DNA of 58,468 nucleotides, filler included, from Perkinsus olseni (Eukaryota): NCBI GenBank assembly GCA_013115125.1. It is 7 parts of 7 records of this genome, joined end to end, with 100 filler letters (N's around TTAATTAATTAA, not from the genome) between each part and the next. Parts side by side here need not be neighbours in the genome. Positions count along the whole stretch, not along the records: positions 8,460 to 16,816 come from JABANN010000975.1; positions 16,917 to 25,183 come from JABANN010000976.1; 5 more parts are not named here. One strand, 5' to 3'. Shown piece by piece: positions 11,290 to 24,110 of this stretch (position 1 is its first letter; each line of letters starts with the position of its first letter). The notes under the pieces were generated by a model. It saw only the letters and a program-made list of their open reading frames with translations, ran no database searches and was not told where the DNA came from. The position numbers and the translations under genes were made by a program.

Positions 11290-12760
11290 CTCAGCCACGG
11301 CCCAGCAGCAGCAGCAGCAGCAGCAGGAAGGGGACGTCCTCTCTTCCCTTCTCACCGCGCCAGTTGAGGAATCTTCTCACGGTGAGGGACGGAAGCTGGA
11401 AAAGGAAGACGATCCTGGAGTGCTGGATACCCCGGGAAGTATCTCCGTTAGCGAAAGATGTGGTAGTAGTGTGGGGGAAGGTTGAGGGTATGTCGTAGCG
11501 TGGATTATCAACTCCGACCGATGATGGGGCAGGGAGCATTACTGGTGAATGGAATTGACATGAGCTGTGCGGCCGCTCCAAGTGGGTGCTACAGGCTCCC
11601 CACTCTGTCCGGCGGACCCCCAGCCGCAGCAGCATGCGTTTGATGGAGAGGCTCTTCTCGAAGACAAGGTGTTTTGCAACTATGTTCGGGAGTATCTTAG
11701 GTCGTCCCGCGTCTTTCTCAGGGCGCAGTGTCTCGTCCCGCTCGATCTAGTGTAACCAGTCTGCCGTTGCCACGGCCCTCCTCTGACGTAAAGGAGGGGT
11801 CTAGGCGGTCCAGGTGGGTAGTGTACGTCCGCAAGGCTCTCGACCCGTACCCTCTCAGTACATCCGCCCATCTATCTCCTAGAGGTTCCATGGAGCGACG
11901 AGGCTCCCTCGCCCATCGACTTAGCTCCCCTCGAGTGAAGGGATCCAGGGTAGGCCAGCCAGGGGTGGGCAGCAGGGCCCTCCATCTTGCTCCATCAGCT
12001 CTTCGTAAGTCCGGAGAACCCTGCATGGGGTATGACTGCTGGACGATCCCCTCGGAGGGCCTCTGCGTCATCATCGGTAATGATGCGTTCCCCATCCATC
12101 TATCACCCTCAACATCGTGGCAGGCACCCGGTTGGAAGGCAGTAGCTCCAAGGCAAGGATCAATCTCGGAGGGAGTATCGACAACCCTGGTGCCCTACGA
12201 CAACCTAGTTGACGAGGCCTACGCCAGGATCAATGCCCAGTAGGGATACAAGACGGGTATCTGCTTGCATGGTGGTTCGCAGGTACGGGTCCCTGGGGGC
12301 CTGCGTCGAAGCTTTGTGTACAGGGGAGGGCACCTTCGATACATCTACCCGCTTCGAGTGCCTAGACTTTGCAGCTATTATCGAGCAAGTTGGGATGACC
12401 CCGAAAGAGGGCTGTCGACTTTTCCGCATTCTGGACACTCAGAGAGTAGGGCTCGTCGCCCTCGAGGACCTCGCCTTGGCAGCGGCGGGGAAGCTGCCGC
12501 GTCGGAGATCGAGTGTTGGATTATCGAGGTCTCATGCAAGCCGAAGGACTAGTACTAACTCGGCAACCGGCGCTGTGGGTCAGCGGCAGACGACGACGCC
12601 AATGGCGATGGGTCCGAAGGCTTTCGCGCTGCCTCCGGTGGAGGGAAGTCCGGTGGCTGCCTACAAAGCTCTTCCATATGTGACTCCTCCTACCCAAGCC
12701 AAGCCTAGCCGAGCTGAGGACGAGCAGCTGAGCTTGATTGGTGAAGCTACGGCAGTGTAC
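11290..12760 (+). CDS. Hypothetical multi-exon protein with an EF-hand-like motif (boundaries approximate)
   Basis: Exon-like blocks with GT-AG borders; RLFRILDTQRVGLVALEDL resembles an EF-hand loop. Confidence 0.45.
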
Positions 12761-12899
12761 TCCCCGCCGTGCCCGTACCCCCACTCACCAACCCTGCGAC
12801 CACTATTATCGAGATCGCCGACTTACACCACGCCTCTTCCTCCCCCACCCAGACTGTCATTGTGTTGAGCCTTTCGGCCGCCATACATGTCGAGAAAGA

Positions 12900-13731
12900 G
12901 ATGTTGTTATAATAGTCCTGATATTGAGTTGGGGGAGTAGGGGGAACGTCGACGGCGTAGTGGTTATCAATAAGCATGTCCACTGGTAAGAATACCCTCA
13001 ACATTGCGCAGCACGAGCCCAGTGTGTCGCTGGTGCCCATCCTTATCCTAATGTGAGTTGACATACACCTACCCTTCTGTCATGTGGTTGCCGTCATCAG
13101 TTACATGATGGGAATGCTCATCTGTGATCTGACCTTCGACACCCAGGCCACTGGTGAGGAGTGCCGGGTCTATTACTGTCGGCAGCTTGAGAATCTTCAA
13201 ACCCCTCTGGGTGCTGCTAGAGTAACCTCTAAGATATCTCCTCATCCATCCTGTTATTCTGTTTCTCGCCCAGATGTTTGTCCCCACGGCTGTTGCTGGC
13301 ATCATCATTCTTCGTGACTACTACCTGAACGCTCAAAACAAGTTGGCTCCCATGCGTAGCGTCACCCTGCAGGCGACAACAATAGTATTACTCCTCCTGT
13401 TGGGTAGTCTGCTGGTGGCCGCCACCTTCCTCTCGCTGACAGCAAGGGCTCCTTCTTCCTTAGGCTTGGCCACCATGGGCTTGTCCCTCATGACGGTCCA
13501 TTCGTCATGCCCTCATCGGACCCCCGAGGAGTGGGCTCACATCGTGCGTCGAACCTTGCTGCCGGTAGAGTAACCCGAGGTCGTCGTTATTGTGTTCCTC
13601 AGTGTTGCTGCCTCATGCGTGAGCAGGTTCATATCGTTATGGGCATCACCTTGGGCTCGGCAGCCACACTACTATGGCTGGCTCGTAGGGCCATAGAGAG
13701 GACTGATGCTACGGAGGCTAAACTGGAGTGA
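12900..13731 (+). CDS. Small multi-exon membrane protein (or 3' part of the preceding gene)
   Basis: Hydrophobic exons VVAVISYMMGMLICDLTFD, MFVPTAVAGIIILRDYY, GLATMGLSLM and VHIVMGITLGSAATLLWLARR with GT-AG borders; stop at 13731. Confidence 0.45.
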
Positions 13732-14162
13732 AGAGGCGACGACAGTGACCGCTGTTTTTACTATCGTCCTTATGAACCGAGTTTCTGCCAACACAGTCCG
13801 TTTGAGTTGACTATCATCGAGGTGAGGGTCCTGTCGATACTCTCGGCCGTACTGCTTGGTCATCTTCCGCAGCGCGCTACAGTCGTAACACCAGGCTTTG
13901 GTGTAGGGTAGGCATCTCTATCCTAGCTGCTGTGTAGGGGCCTCATCACACACCGCCTTGCCCACGGATCAATGCCCACGATGTTCATGTTTTCGAAGTT
14001 CTTCCTGCTCGACGCCGGACTTCATCGAACCCTTGCCGTGGTCACTTTGTGGTGGCAATCTGGGAGTTTCCTTTTTTCGCTTCACACTGGGAAGTTAACA
14101 GTACGCACTTTACCAAGAGATGCTGTGCCAAGGAAGGTTATTTTTGCGTCCTTGTCCTGGCC

Positions 14163-16170
14163 ATGGCATCGTCCTCTTCCTTGGGACCGTATGTAGGGGA
14201 GACGCCCAACGGGGAGGCCCCGGAGATGCTCGAATGCCTCCCAGATGACACCATTGATTGTACCATCCAGAACAGCAACAGCCATCATTCCCCTCTGCTG
14301 CTTCCGACGTGTAGGTAAGTATTGTGGCTCTATTGTGGAGGCCGGCTACTGGTCAGCGCATTTGAGAGCCCCTCATCACAGAGAGAAGGTTGGAAGGCAG
14401 TACAGAGCCCGACAATGGGAGACAGTGAGGGCTTATCCTGACGGCCAATTCTTATTGGAGAGCAACTACATAGAGGTCAGCAGGGCCAGCCCTTCACACA
14501 CGCTCAACCATCCCTGCACACAGCTGTTGTTGTCACTGCGGTTGTTCTTTCGGAAGTGCATCAACCGTGTCACCCTTAACGCCACTAATCCCGTATCGTG
14601 CGACCAACACGCTGTACTATTACAGTGGACCTAGTCTGATGCTGGCGAGTAGGCCACATTGATGTTTTTTCGTTTGTAGCTCGGTGACGACAACCAGTTC
14701 TGTTGTACCCTATGCAATAAGAAGTCTTACGGCTTCGGTATGATCATCGAAAGCCACTGTGCTAGTGATAAACACAAGCGTAACGTGGAATGGGCGGCTA
14801 GAACCAACCCGCCACCGACAGACAGACGTCTAACTGACGAGCGTACGATGTGAGCCTGGCGGCCTCCAACACTTCCACGTGTAAGCATTGGTTCACAGGG
14901 CTGGTACTGGCTGTGGCTCGGGTGCCACAGCAGATGCGGAATACATGAGAGCTCAGCGGCTCAAGGTGGCTGGCATGCTTCGCTTGCTCCTCTGTCGTGT
15001 ACTTGTCGCCGTTACAGGATGAGGAGGGTTGGATAGTATGTAAGCTGTGCAATAAGAAGTTCTTTGACCTCGACAGCGCCAAAGGCCATTGCGCTTCCAC
15101 CAAGCATGCAGAGAACGTGGCCTGGGACGACGAGTAGGCGGACAGCAGTGGTGATGGTGTCCTCGCGTTCCATCCGGCGCCCTATGTACTCAGGAACCGC
15201 CGGCTGTACAATCCTGAGATAGGGGAGCTGACTGTTGATGGGCAGACCTTCCTGCGCTCCAACTATCTCCAAGTAGGAGTATCTCCTCCTCGGACGTGCC
15301 TCCTCGCCCTTCCAGTTATCACTCGTCAGATAAGCGGCACGACGTTCAACTGTCCGATGTGCGACAAGCAGTTTTACGATATTGGGGAAGCCCGGGTGCA
15401 CTGCGATAGCAAGGCCCACGTGAAGGCGGTCAAATGGTGAATCATCGTCACCTCCGCTCCGCCTTGCCATTGTGTCATGGTAGGAAGAACTCAGACAACG
15501 CTGAGCAGACGGACGAGCCTGACTACGATGCCGCCTACAACAAGCAGTTTTATCGTATGGAGGACGGTCAGCGGGTCGCCACTGTTGCTGGTGTTATCGC
15601 TAGTGATGAGGACAGTGCGCCCTGCAATTACCCCAATGAGCAGGTCAACGATGGTTACCTCATCTGCGAGGTGAGCCGCTGCTCGCCGGTGCTGCTGCTA
15701 CGGTCATCTGTACAGGTGTGCGATGTGAAGCCTCAGAGCTGGGACCAGTGGAAAGGGCATCTTCATTCTAAGAAGCACTTGAGCAGGCGAGCTGCCCTGG
15801 ATGAAGAATACGTCTGCTACTGGCAAAGGCTTCATGCTGGAGGGGTGAGGCGAACAGCGGACATGTTTGATGTGTGAGGAGGAGCCCCTAATCTCAGGTG
15901 GCCTACTACTATGAGCACATCTCCCAGATCTGGCAGTGGGGTGAAGTGGCCGATGAATGTATGAGAGTGAAGTTTCGCCAGCTTCTGTGAGTAATGCCTC
16001 TTGAACCAGCCAATAAGAGTTCTATGGCGTATCATCTCACCGGTCTCGAGTTCGTCACCAAGTTGGGCGGCTGGACAACACCAAAAATCTAGAGGGTGAT
16101 GATGCTCATCCTTCTCCCAGGATCAATGGGAGCCTCCCCAACTTCAAAGCTCAATGGGAGCCCGATAATG
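14163..16170 (+). CDS. Multi U1/JAZ-type C2H2 zinc-finger protein, many short introns (3' end approximate)
   Basis: Repeated CxxC-x12-H-x5-H fingers: CKLCNKKFFDLDSAKGHCASTKH, CPMCDKQFYDIGEARVHCDSKAH, CDVKPQSWDQWKGHLHSKKH, WSAHLRAPHH. A WW-like YYYEHISQIWQW follows. Confidence 0.75.
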
Positions 16171-17508
16171 GAGAACCCCTCGGCTTCGACACAGCTTCGG
16201 TCCTCACAGCTGCGAGCTGGAAGTGTAAAACGCGTTCTACACGTGCGATTACGCGTACGACGCGTTAATATGCGTAGTAGCTCCACGTGATCACGCGTAA
16301 CGGCGTACTTCGCATGCGTTGATACGCGGAGTGTACTAATGCTTCCATTAGCCTTGTTGTGAATCTGCCTGCTCCGTTTAAATTATGGTATTCTTCAAAG
16401 TCATCTGCTCCGCCGTCTCCCTGATGGTGGCTGTCCTTGCTCGTCCCAGACCTCCGATTGGGAGCTATTACGCTAACATCGGTGATTAAGATGGGGTCTG
16501 TGTCGAAGTTGAATGGCTCCCTGGGCGTGAAGACGATGTAGTCCTGGGTTTTGTCCACGGTACCTTCAAGTGGTATAGCCACGGACTAACGGTTCATGAA
16601 CTCCGACCCTTTATCTATGAAATTGACGCTGATTGCGAGCCTGAGTACAACCTGTTCCGCGAAAGTTTGAATAACCGTACTGGTGGAATGGTGGACATGC
16701 GCCAGCATGATCTGTTCAAGTACGTCTACAACACGGCAAGTGACACTACAGGGTGTTCCAATTCGATATGCAAATCACTAAAATCAGTCTAATTCATGCC
16801 ATATTGCGTGTTTGAANNNNNNNNNNNNNNNNNNNNNNNNNNNNNNNNNNNNNNNNNNNNTTAATTAATTAANNNNNNNNNNNNNNNNNNNNNNNNNNNN
16901 NNNNNNNNNNNNNNNNGTAGAATATAAGGGGGCGTAAGGCAGCAAGACGTGAGTCTTGCGTCTTCGAATAATACACATACCCTACAGTAGTTTTACATTG
17001 CGATAGCAACGAGGTTCATTGGATGCATGCTTCAGGCCAGTTTCGCTGATAAAAAGGGGGTTTGAGCTCTGTTAGGCAAACCTAAATTGGCTTCAGTAAA
17101 AGTGCCTACAGTATTGCGAATTGAGTTCCGATGCTCTCGACCGAATGATAAAAATCCCTCGACTCCGTGTATACCAATACCCTCGAGTACTAGGATGATT
17201 CACTCTCATTGCTTCCCGTGTGCAGTGCAGATACTGTCATTCATATCCGTCATCAACCCTTAGAGTTTCCTTTCCCAAAATCCGTTTCCATTTCCGTTTC
17301 CGTTTCGTTTGTACGAATAGCATAAACAAAACAACCAAGTTGTTTTTAAAACACTCGTGACTAACTTAAGACTCACGGCGTGAGTCGGGTTAATGGAAAC
17401 GGCGTGATATTGCCAGCCGAAGAACAGAGGTCACATGCGTTACAAATCTTGGTAGAGGCCTCTGCAGCCATGCTGCACACGTTCGTCACGAATAGCTCCG
17501 AGACTCAA

Positions 17509-18608
17509 ATGCGCATAACCGCCTTACTCCTACCCCTCTGTTTTTATATATTCTCCGGGATACACGGACAACCACTCAGAACGTCCACATACTATGGTTA
17601 TGCACCCGGCTACGGATATGCTCTGGTCGGAGACATAAGCATTGACGGACAAATGATGCATGCTCTGATCGATACTGGGACGTCTGCCCTCCTCTACGTG
17701 TGGAGTACTTGGTTCTGCCACTTCTACGAGCCGGGGTCTCGCAGCAACCTGCCTATCGGCTACTACCAATGCCCAGGGTCGTGTTCGCCCATCCAGCCCA
17801 CGGACTTGCATTATTTGGACGGGACCAAGGTGGATGTATTTCAACACAAAGGCAATGCCCGAATCGGCCAAACTGATGTTGGATCGATCAAATTTGGATT
17901 GGTTTACAAATACGAGTCACCTAGTGACGCACCACCAATCCACTCTATCGGTCTTGGAACTCAAGTCTATCCTGGTTATCCCTCCTTTATGTCCCAACTA
18001 CAGGGTAAAGTCGTAGACACAAGTTTTACGCTCTACCTGAGAGCACATCGCTGCGGTGCAGTGACCGGGGAACTCTTACTCCGCGGCGGAGACCCCAGCT
18101 TATACGTTGCACCACTAACCTTCATCCCGCTCAGGAGCCAAGGTTACCATGTGGTCGAAATCGGTAGTCTACAAGTTGGTAGTAGACACAAAACCATTGG
18201 TATCAATCAAGACGCGGTTATCGACAGTGGAGCAGAGGGTCTCTTTGTACCAAATATGTATTTCGAGGGACTCATTAAGGACATTTTCGATGAGGCTACG
18301 GCCTTAGCCGGAGTTCCTATTCATCCCCAATGGGTTCCCGAAGCGCGGCTCTACGAATTCGACTGTGCCTTCAACCCACAAGAGATTTGGACTTCTTCCC
18401 GCCCATTGAGATTGGCTTGGGCTCGGCTGGGCAAGCTCCGATACTCGTTACCAATTATGCCCGAAATTCTGGAGGTATTTGCTCTGTCGCTATCACTGGT
18501 GAGGCTACCACTCGCTGGACGCTACCGGCCTTCATCCTTGTCGGAACGTACTTCGAGTTTCGGCCATCCCAGGGCAAACTTGGGGTTGCTAAACTCACGC
18601 AAAACTGA
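17509..18608 (+). pseudogene. Secreted pepsin-like (A1) aspartic protease, frameshifted near 18370
   Basis: Signal peptide MRITALLLPLCF; catalytic IDTGT and IDSGA; flap YLDG. The C-terminus (PPIEIGLG...WTLPAFILVGTYFEF...LGVAKL) lies in another frame. Confidence 0.85.
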
Positions 18609-19739
18609 CCTACGCGCTCTTCCATGATTAGCACTTCGAAGTGTATGATCTCTCCAAGAGATTCTCTCGTGAGCGTCGGTTCATTGGCCAGTTTTCGGCA
18701 CTCAGTGCGCTGGCGTGCTACTGTCACTCGTACTGTGCTCGACTCGAACAGTGGCCGTTTCACCAGTCGATTGTACTACTGTGGCAAAAGATTCTGCGAC
18801 AGATTGTCTGTCGTCAGCCTCGGTCATCAAAGCATGATGAGGAGAGCAGCTGATCCTCTTACTGTTCCACCAGTAGACAGCCCTGTGCGTAACCCCTTTT
18901 CCGGTGGGTTTAATACCGTGGGAACGTGCAACTTTGCTAGAGTAGATTAGCCAAACCATCCTATAGTCTAACTTTTGCCCCAGTCCCAACTTCTTGCTCT
19001 CACTTAAGACCTTGATGGCTATGAGTTCAGTCTTGGGTGGCGTTCGGGTGTTTCCACGCTGGAACTTCTCGCCGCTACCCGGCATCTGACCGGTGGCGAT
19101 CGGTTGACTGGAAAACTCCAGCGTGTGTATAGCCGATGCTGTCTTCACAATACGCCTGTGATGATATTCAAGATCCTACTATAGTAAATAAATTTAATGG
19201 TTCTACACAGTAGTAGTATTAATACCACTCTTTTCGCTTCCTTATGCAGAATCCAAGATGTAGCAGTCAGAGTGTGCCCATACTGTCTCCACCCTTGCTT
19301 CCTCGCATCTTATCGATCGTGCAACGCTTAGCTGTGTTGTCTCACTACTACTGTATAGCAAACAAATGATAACAATCCTAGAGGCGCTTTCTATCACACG
19401 CAAAACCGCTACTGTCATCATTGTTTGGAATACCACTTGGCTTAGTGTCTGTGTCTGTGCTGAACACTGATCCTGTGATAGGATTCAAGAAGTGATAGGA
19501 TTCCTATCACTTCTCGAGCCTAAGACGAGCCGAGCTTAGTGCTGAGCACCGACCCGATTACTTCTTGACTCAAGAATATTGAGCCCAGACCGAGCCTGGG
19601 CCACGTCCGAGTGTGAATTAGATTCACTGAATTTCATGGTGAATCCCGCTGAAGTTCACGCTTCCGTGGAGTGGTAGGAACTCTATCTAGCAACTCATAT
19701 CGCCACGTTTCAACGATGAACTTCACCGGGTGAAGCACG

Positions 19740-20359
19740 GTGCTTCGAGCAGGCAACTTTTTCCAAGCTGGGGTTCATTTTCCACATTGCTACTTTAACT
19801 CGATAAACCTCGCCCGGGAAAACGTCTCGGAAAATTTGCCCAGAAAGTCGACCTTTCCGAGTAGCATCACTGCAATGGAGCGTTGGTGGGAAAACCGGCC
19901 CTTGGATGTGGAACCCGGATTTGTCGCCGTGGACTTGGAACCCGGAAAGGCTTAGCACTCTAATTGGCTCCAGGGAATGAAAACGATGAGACGATGAAGA
20001 TATTCTATGGGCTCCCCGAAGATTGGGGAACGGCAGAGAGACGATTGGGCGGCTCTCATCGTGACTTGAAATCGTATCGAACCCTCGAGCTGGAGCGCGG
20101 TGAGGACCTCTTCCCTGGACAGCTCATCGAGAGGATGTTCTTATGCTGTAGGCTGACCACAATCTGGTCACCAGATGGCAATCCACAATACGGGGCTGCC
20201 CCGCTTTACCACGGCGCCCGCAATTCCGTGCTTTGGGCTGCTCTTTTGGGAGATGCTGATATCGCCCGTGGTGAGCGGTCTATCAGTTGTCAACTCTCTA
20301 ATCATAAAGGAGGCCCAAACACAATTTATGGGTTACCATTCATCGTTCGGTCTAATTAG
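19740..20359 (+). pseudogene. Degraded coding fragment of unknown family
   Basis: Two consecutive protein-like ORFs (71 and 131 aa) separated by a stop and a frame change. Confidence 0.3.
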
Positions 20360-20631
20360 CGAGAGAAATCCAACAAAACTCGACTCACGGCCCGTAGCTC
20401 CTCCCATTGGGAGTCTGAGCTCAACCTGTCAGGCTGAGTATGGATGTGGACGTGTGTGGATGGACCAATGCGTCGACGTACATATCTATACTAGCCGTCA
20501 GTTCAGACGCATACTTCGCGACTCCCAGCACTGCTTGGCCAGCAGTAGCGGTAGATTTACTGTTCTCTTTTCGTAGTATAAGGAAAAGACTTTCCGTATC
20601 CGCTTTAACCACCACGTGCTACACCTGAGTA

Positions 20632-21632
20632 ATGGCTGCCTTCCGTCACTCCGTCCTGTTTATGATGCTGGCCTTGACTTCGGCCATTGCCATTCATTCT
20701 ACCAGCCCCAAACGGCCCAGAGTAAATTACTATTATGATTCAATCATTATCGCAATATGGTTACGGGACCCATGGCAACTGTTCCTCAGGCGGAAAGTGT
20801 AACGGAAGATAACTTTGATACGATGGAGACAGAACCTTCGGACCAGTTGAACAACCTAGTGGATGCTAAGCTGGCCCAGTTGAGCAAAAGAATGGAAGTT
20901 CAGATGACTGAGTTGAGCCAAAAGACGGAGGCTCAGAGGAATGAGTTGAACAAGGTCAAGGAGGAAATGACAAAGCTGGGCAGTGATTTGGCCAGACTCA
21001 AACGTCGAACGGTTGTCGCCCAAAATGTAGTAAATCTGATGTATGAACTCGCCGGCGCCCCATCCGGACATTCATTCGATTATTCCGCTGCAGATGAAAG
21101 CTACCGAGAGGGCTTGTTCTGTTGATCATGCAATTGGGTACCACATAAACGCCTACACGACGCCTCGTGGTGATTATTCCTTCAAGTGGATGCAGTCAGG
21201 TACCTTGAATATCCAGCTATATTGGTGATAATATCAGTGCGCATTGAGCACTTTCGTGACCATCCGCCCATCACTGCTGTCTGGGCAATCACATTTAGCG
21301 TAACATTCTTTTTCAGGGATACAAAAAGGAAGTCGATGTCAGTCAACTGTAAGTACTTGAAGGCTGAGGGACGTTTGAGTGGGTCGATGAAGGAAATCCA
21401 GGGAGCCTTCTCCGATGTCCTTCCCTTCCCTGATCTGTTCAATAAGCTCAGAAAGGCATTTGACCCGGAGATGACGGAGGGAAATTGCATCGACCTGATC
21501 ATGGACATTGAGTTTGATCGTCCCGGTGGCATCCCACAGTCGGAAGGATGGGTCAACTCGTTCATGCGTAATAACATGGATGAATTTTTGAAGATCGTAG
21601 AGGAACGCGGAGGTGATGTCAAAAAGCAATGA
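20632..21632 (+). pseudogene. Secreted coiled-coil protein, two introns, probable frameshift near 21100
   Basis: Signal peptide MAAFRHSVLFMMLALTSAIA; GT-AG intron ~20722-20789; heptad-rich LSKRMEVQMTELSQKTEAQRNELNKVKEEM; last exon ...DVLPFPDLFNKLRKAF...KKQ*. Confidence 0.6.
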
Positions 21633-22724
21633 ACCCTTCCACTGTTATACTGCTCGATGTGATGTTGATGTTGACAAATGATGTTGTCGAGGAGCTCGAC
21701 TCGAGTTGAAGGTGATTCCCGCGCGATGCAGATTTGCCAATTGAAACTTCATGAATGTTGCATGTTTGGGAAGGCGCACTTGCAGAATCACAATCTCGGG
21801 AATCTATTAGCAGGCGGAATATGGGGTGCCTGTGGAACACAACGGGATCTTCGCTTGATAGCATCTGTGACAAGATGGAAACTTAAATTAGAGGGAATGA
21901 CTGACTGGTTTCTCGAAACGGCCAAGTGACGCTGTAGTGTTCGACCTGCAATTATAGGTCCGACAATGCGCTCAGCAATACCGAACGGAAGATAAGTAGC
22001 ATAAGCAGTCTTTAATAAATTTTATTTGAGTGGCAACAATACACTACCATGTCTAAACAATTTTTGGCCATCGCCTGTATACAACTTCGGTGAAAATGGT
22101 TTATAGTTTGGTCGATGATGAGGTGGCAGTTTTTTTACTAGAGAATCATCGATGAGGGAAATTCCATCAGGGAATACTCACCACCCGTGTCAAGGAATAA
22201 TCGATAGCAATGAGAAGAGATAACAATAGGCCAAGTTAACCTCGTCGTGAGGGCAGGTAAACGACCTCGACCTTCTATCGGAGACGGGGCGGGATTGTGC
22301 GCCGCACAAGGTGCGGTCCGTTCTAGACTAGAACTTCTAGTGCCTTTCTCGTGTCCAACCAACGAAGTGAGCCTTCCAGCTTAACTGAACTGAATAAGTT
22401 GCAGGTTAGTTCAGCGACAATGCAATGTAGCGAGCCGCCTTAGAAGGCTAGATCGGACTCATTACATGCAGAGAGCACTAGCAAATCATGAGTAGCGAAG
22501 ACCATCCCGCGATTGACAAACCAGACGGGCCGATATGGCCGGATGAATGGAGATCAAACAACCGCGAAGATTGCTACGAATAAACAGGCGAGCCGATTCC
22601 TGCTGGTTCATAGGCCATCTGTCATCTGCAGATGGGAAACGAGATGACCGATGAGGTAATAGGAGTGTTATGTGTCATTTGCTGTCAATACGGTTCATGT
22701 GCTATCAGCTTTAGGAGGAGTTGG

Positions 22725-23846
22725 TCAAGCTGATAGATGTACGAGCGGCGCGATGCCGACCCGGCCTTGTTCGGGTTGGAACTCGAGGTAGTTCCCAATA
22801 AGCATTCGATCGGGGAACGCCCATGAAGTATCATCTCCCTTCTTTATGATGAAGTAGCAGTGACCTTTATCATTCATGGCATAGTTCATGTAGCTCATCG
22901 TCAACGGGACAGTGCCACTGGGGCCCAACCCAAAAGTCAGTGGCGGCATGATGGTCATGTTCTGACAAGGGAAAGTCCACACGTCTCTGCCTGGATCGAA
23001 CGTAATCGGGACGGTCATGTGGGCAGCCTTGTTAGCTTCGGCTTTGATATCCTTGATGAGCTTGTCGTAGTAGGGCTGCGAGACGTATAGAAAGTGGCGA
23101 CCTGTATCCAAGTACACGTCCTCCTTGATGCCGATCGTCTTGAACGCACTGCCCACTTGAAAAGTATCAAGCTTCACTGTGTATCCAGAAGCCATACCGA
23201 GTTCGACGTACTGCAACGGGTGCTTGTACAAGGAAGGGTACCCTCCTCCCAGCATTAGAACACCCATCAGAGGGGAAGGGAAGAGGCAGAGGGCGAAAGT
23301 CCCGTTCTTTACCTTCCCAGCTGTCTGCAACTGCTTCATTAAAGAAGGGAAGTTAGGATCGCCTTTGTACGGGCCAAGACCTAGCGTGTTGACCGGAGCT
23401 TGCAAAGTTGGGGGAGGATCTTGATCGTACAACAGCCCGAACGTGAGGTCGATCGGGGGATTAGTGCCAACCGATATCTTCCCTTTGTGCTGGAAGATCG
23501 ACGCTGCGACGCCATCCTCGTACTCGATGTTTTTCATCGGCTCTCTGGGCGTACAAGGATGGTCACAGGCATAACACCCACCGGGCATGTGGTCGCACGA
23601 TTCACCAGTCGACTTTTCATACCACTGCTTCCAGGCGAAGAAGAAATAGTCTGACTCAGACCCAGTGTCGATGAGAATATCCATCACCTGATGCTGTTCA
23701 GCTTTCATGGGATAGAACAATCCGCAGCCGTACGGAGGCAAGTGAATGTAACCTATGTCGAGCCTTATAACCTGCCCCTTGGCAGCTTGGAGTAGAACAT
23801 TGGCGACGATATTGAGCAAGGTGAAGAATGGGTTCATCGCAGACAT
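22725..23846 (-). CDS. Secreted pepsin-like (A1) aspartic protease, intronless
   Basis: Signal-like N-terminus; ILIDTGS and VYLDTGR; flap YEDG; C-terminal LIGNYLEF..GRVGIA. Confidence 0.92.
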   Translation of the reverse strand: MSAMNPFFTLLNIVANVLLQAAKGQVIRLDIGYIHLPPYGCGLFYPMKAEQHQVMDILIDTGSESDYFFFAWKQWYEKSTGESCDHMPGGCYACDHPCTPREPMKNIEYEDGVAASIFQHKGKISVGTNPPIDLTFGLLYDQDPPPTLQAPVNTLGLGPYKGDPNFPSLMKQLQTAGKVKNGTFALCLFPSPLMGVLMLGGGYPSLYKHPLQYVELGMASGYTVKLDTFQVGSAFKTIGIKEDVYLDTGRHFLYVSQPYYDKLIKDIKAEANKAAHMTVPITFDPGRDVWTFPCQNMTIMPPLTFGLGPSGTVPLTMSYMNYAMNDKGHCYFIIKKGDDTSWAFPDRMLIGNYLEFQPEQGRVGIAPLVHLSA

Positions 23847-24110
23847 GAATGTTCGAGAGTACTGATACCGAGGATGCGTCGTGCGAGACTAGAAGATTCC
23901 TGGCTCCGGCACTGCCTAACATCGCGACCCGCAATTCACGGGCGACGCGGCACGGGGCTCGAGAGATACCCATCGGGCCCGACCCATCACTGACTACGCC
24001 GAAGCGAGTACGATTTCCACTTAAGTGCCCGGTGCCACCGGGCCGGTGGGTGGAGTGGTGTTGTGCGGGCCACTCGCAAGTGCGTTCCGCTGTGGAACTT
24101 CCGCACAAGT

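Noticed and set aside
17245-17320. Possible hAT right end (CATCAACCCTTAG with TTTCC repeats)
   Set aside because: It does not match the expected CATCAACCACCCTG, and no partner end or TSD was found.
18360-18395. Programmed frameshifting in nuclear genes (also near 4405, 21100, 30186 and 56668)
   Set aside because: No shared slippery motif or structure; simple pseudogenising indels or sequencing errors are more parsimonious.
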